Shown here in pieces: positions 63,001-64,000 of a stretch of DNA of 64,000 bases. Source of the DNA: Tubiluchus corallicola (Eukaryota; Animalia; Priapulida); assembly GCA_030141605.1 (NCBI GenBank), contig JAQGDQ010000337.1, positions 124,001 through 188,000 on the forward strand, given 5' to 3'. Made by a program: the position numbers and the translations under genes. The notes below the pieces were generated by a model, which was not told the DNA's origin, made no database searches, and saw only the letters and a program-made list of their open reading frames with translations. Positions within the stretch are counted from its first letter, which is position 1. Each line of letters opens with the position of its first letter.

Positions 63001-64000
63001 ATTATTGGCATATACATTATACTACAATTACAGACATACAACAAAACAACAACAAAATACAAAAGTACAAAATAGAGCTATTACATTATAGCTACGGAGC
63101 CAAAAAAACACATAACAAATAACAAATTTATATAATTTTAGTATAGATACAGTTAGCGTATCATGAAAAAATAATAAATAATGTTATCAATATTTACATA
63201 TTAGTACTATTTACTCCATTTTTAAAACACTTAAAAATGTAATAGGCGACTATTTTGGTTATATGGTGACTACTGCGATGTGAAATACCATCAAAAGCGC
63301 AAACAATTGGAAGGATGATGGTTGAGCAAATGAGCGAATAAACAGACACACGGACAAACAAGCAAGTACGCAAAACGGAACACACCAGACAAAATGCAAC
63401 ATAAAAACGGAAACAGACTGACAATGTGCGGCTCGGCTTACATGTTTAACTTCCACGAAACGCGTCTAAATAATCAGAGGCAAAAATTAATGGATTTTCT
63501 CTTGTCAAGCAATGCAAGCAGCAACAGCATGTTGATTAAGCTACATATTCATCTCTCTATTTCCTGCAGGGTTCGCTGATCAATATCACGTATTATTTCT
63601 CTCTTTTTTAAGTCTGGCACCACCATTCTTTACGTCTGAGCTGTTGTGGCGCTTCCAGAACATTGTACCCCTCTTTTGGCGGGAGGGAGAGTTGACAAGT
63701 GAGCTGATTTCATGTGTATAATTAAAGCAACTGTATGTTTGAAAAACTAGGAGATAAATAGTAACTGAACCCTCAGTAAAAGTAGCTAACTCATTTTAGC
63801 CCATCTGCCAATGAATTCAATTGTTTTGGTCAATTGGCAATGTCACAATTTCATGAAATTGTGAATAAAAGTTAAATTAGGCAATTTTCTGTGGCGACGG
63901 ATTTATTTGACATAAATGTAATTGTGGAAAAGCAGAACATTTCTAGAATTCAGGAAAGCTACTAAAATTTACAATAGCAAACAACTGCAAACTATTACAA

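Noticed and set aside
54219-64000. MBNL first coding exon (ZF1, WL.LEVCREF)
   Set aside because: Not found by eye in this interval; presumably beyond the right edge.

Overview
AT-rich, intron-containing animal (invertebrate bilaterian, probably protostome/spiralian) genomic DNA, not prokaryotic. Five protein-coding genes were reconstructed by hand from splice sites and conserved protein motifs: (1) the first four coding exons of VWA8 (minus strand, runs off the left edge); (2) an intronless ABCF1 (minus); (3) a five-exon SPCS2 (minus) with a U12-type AT-AC intron; (4) an intronless PIBF1/CEP90 (plus, head-to-head with SPCS2); (5) a large muscleblind/MBNL gene (minus, 28.4 kb to beyond the right edge; its ZF1 exon was not found in the window). 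The main result is in MBNL. It encodes three tandem CCCH zinc-finger pairs. The third pair begins in an alternative reading frame of an 85-nt dual-coding exon. Direct splicing gives the short tail [11 protein letters not shown], whereas inclusion of an 80-nt frame-shifting cassette exon opens the ZF5-ZF6 frame. That cassette has a distant branch point, a ~185-nt AG-free zone and clustered YGCY MBNL sites, suggesting an autoregulated switch in zinc-finger number. The rest is introns and intergenic DNA with MITEs, SINE/LINE remnants, minisatellites, hairpins and a decayed C2H2 zinc-finger fragment. All exon models are manual predictions without transcript data, and homology calls come from recalled sequences rather than database searches.
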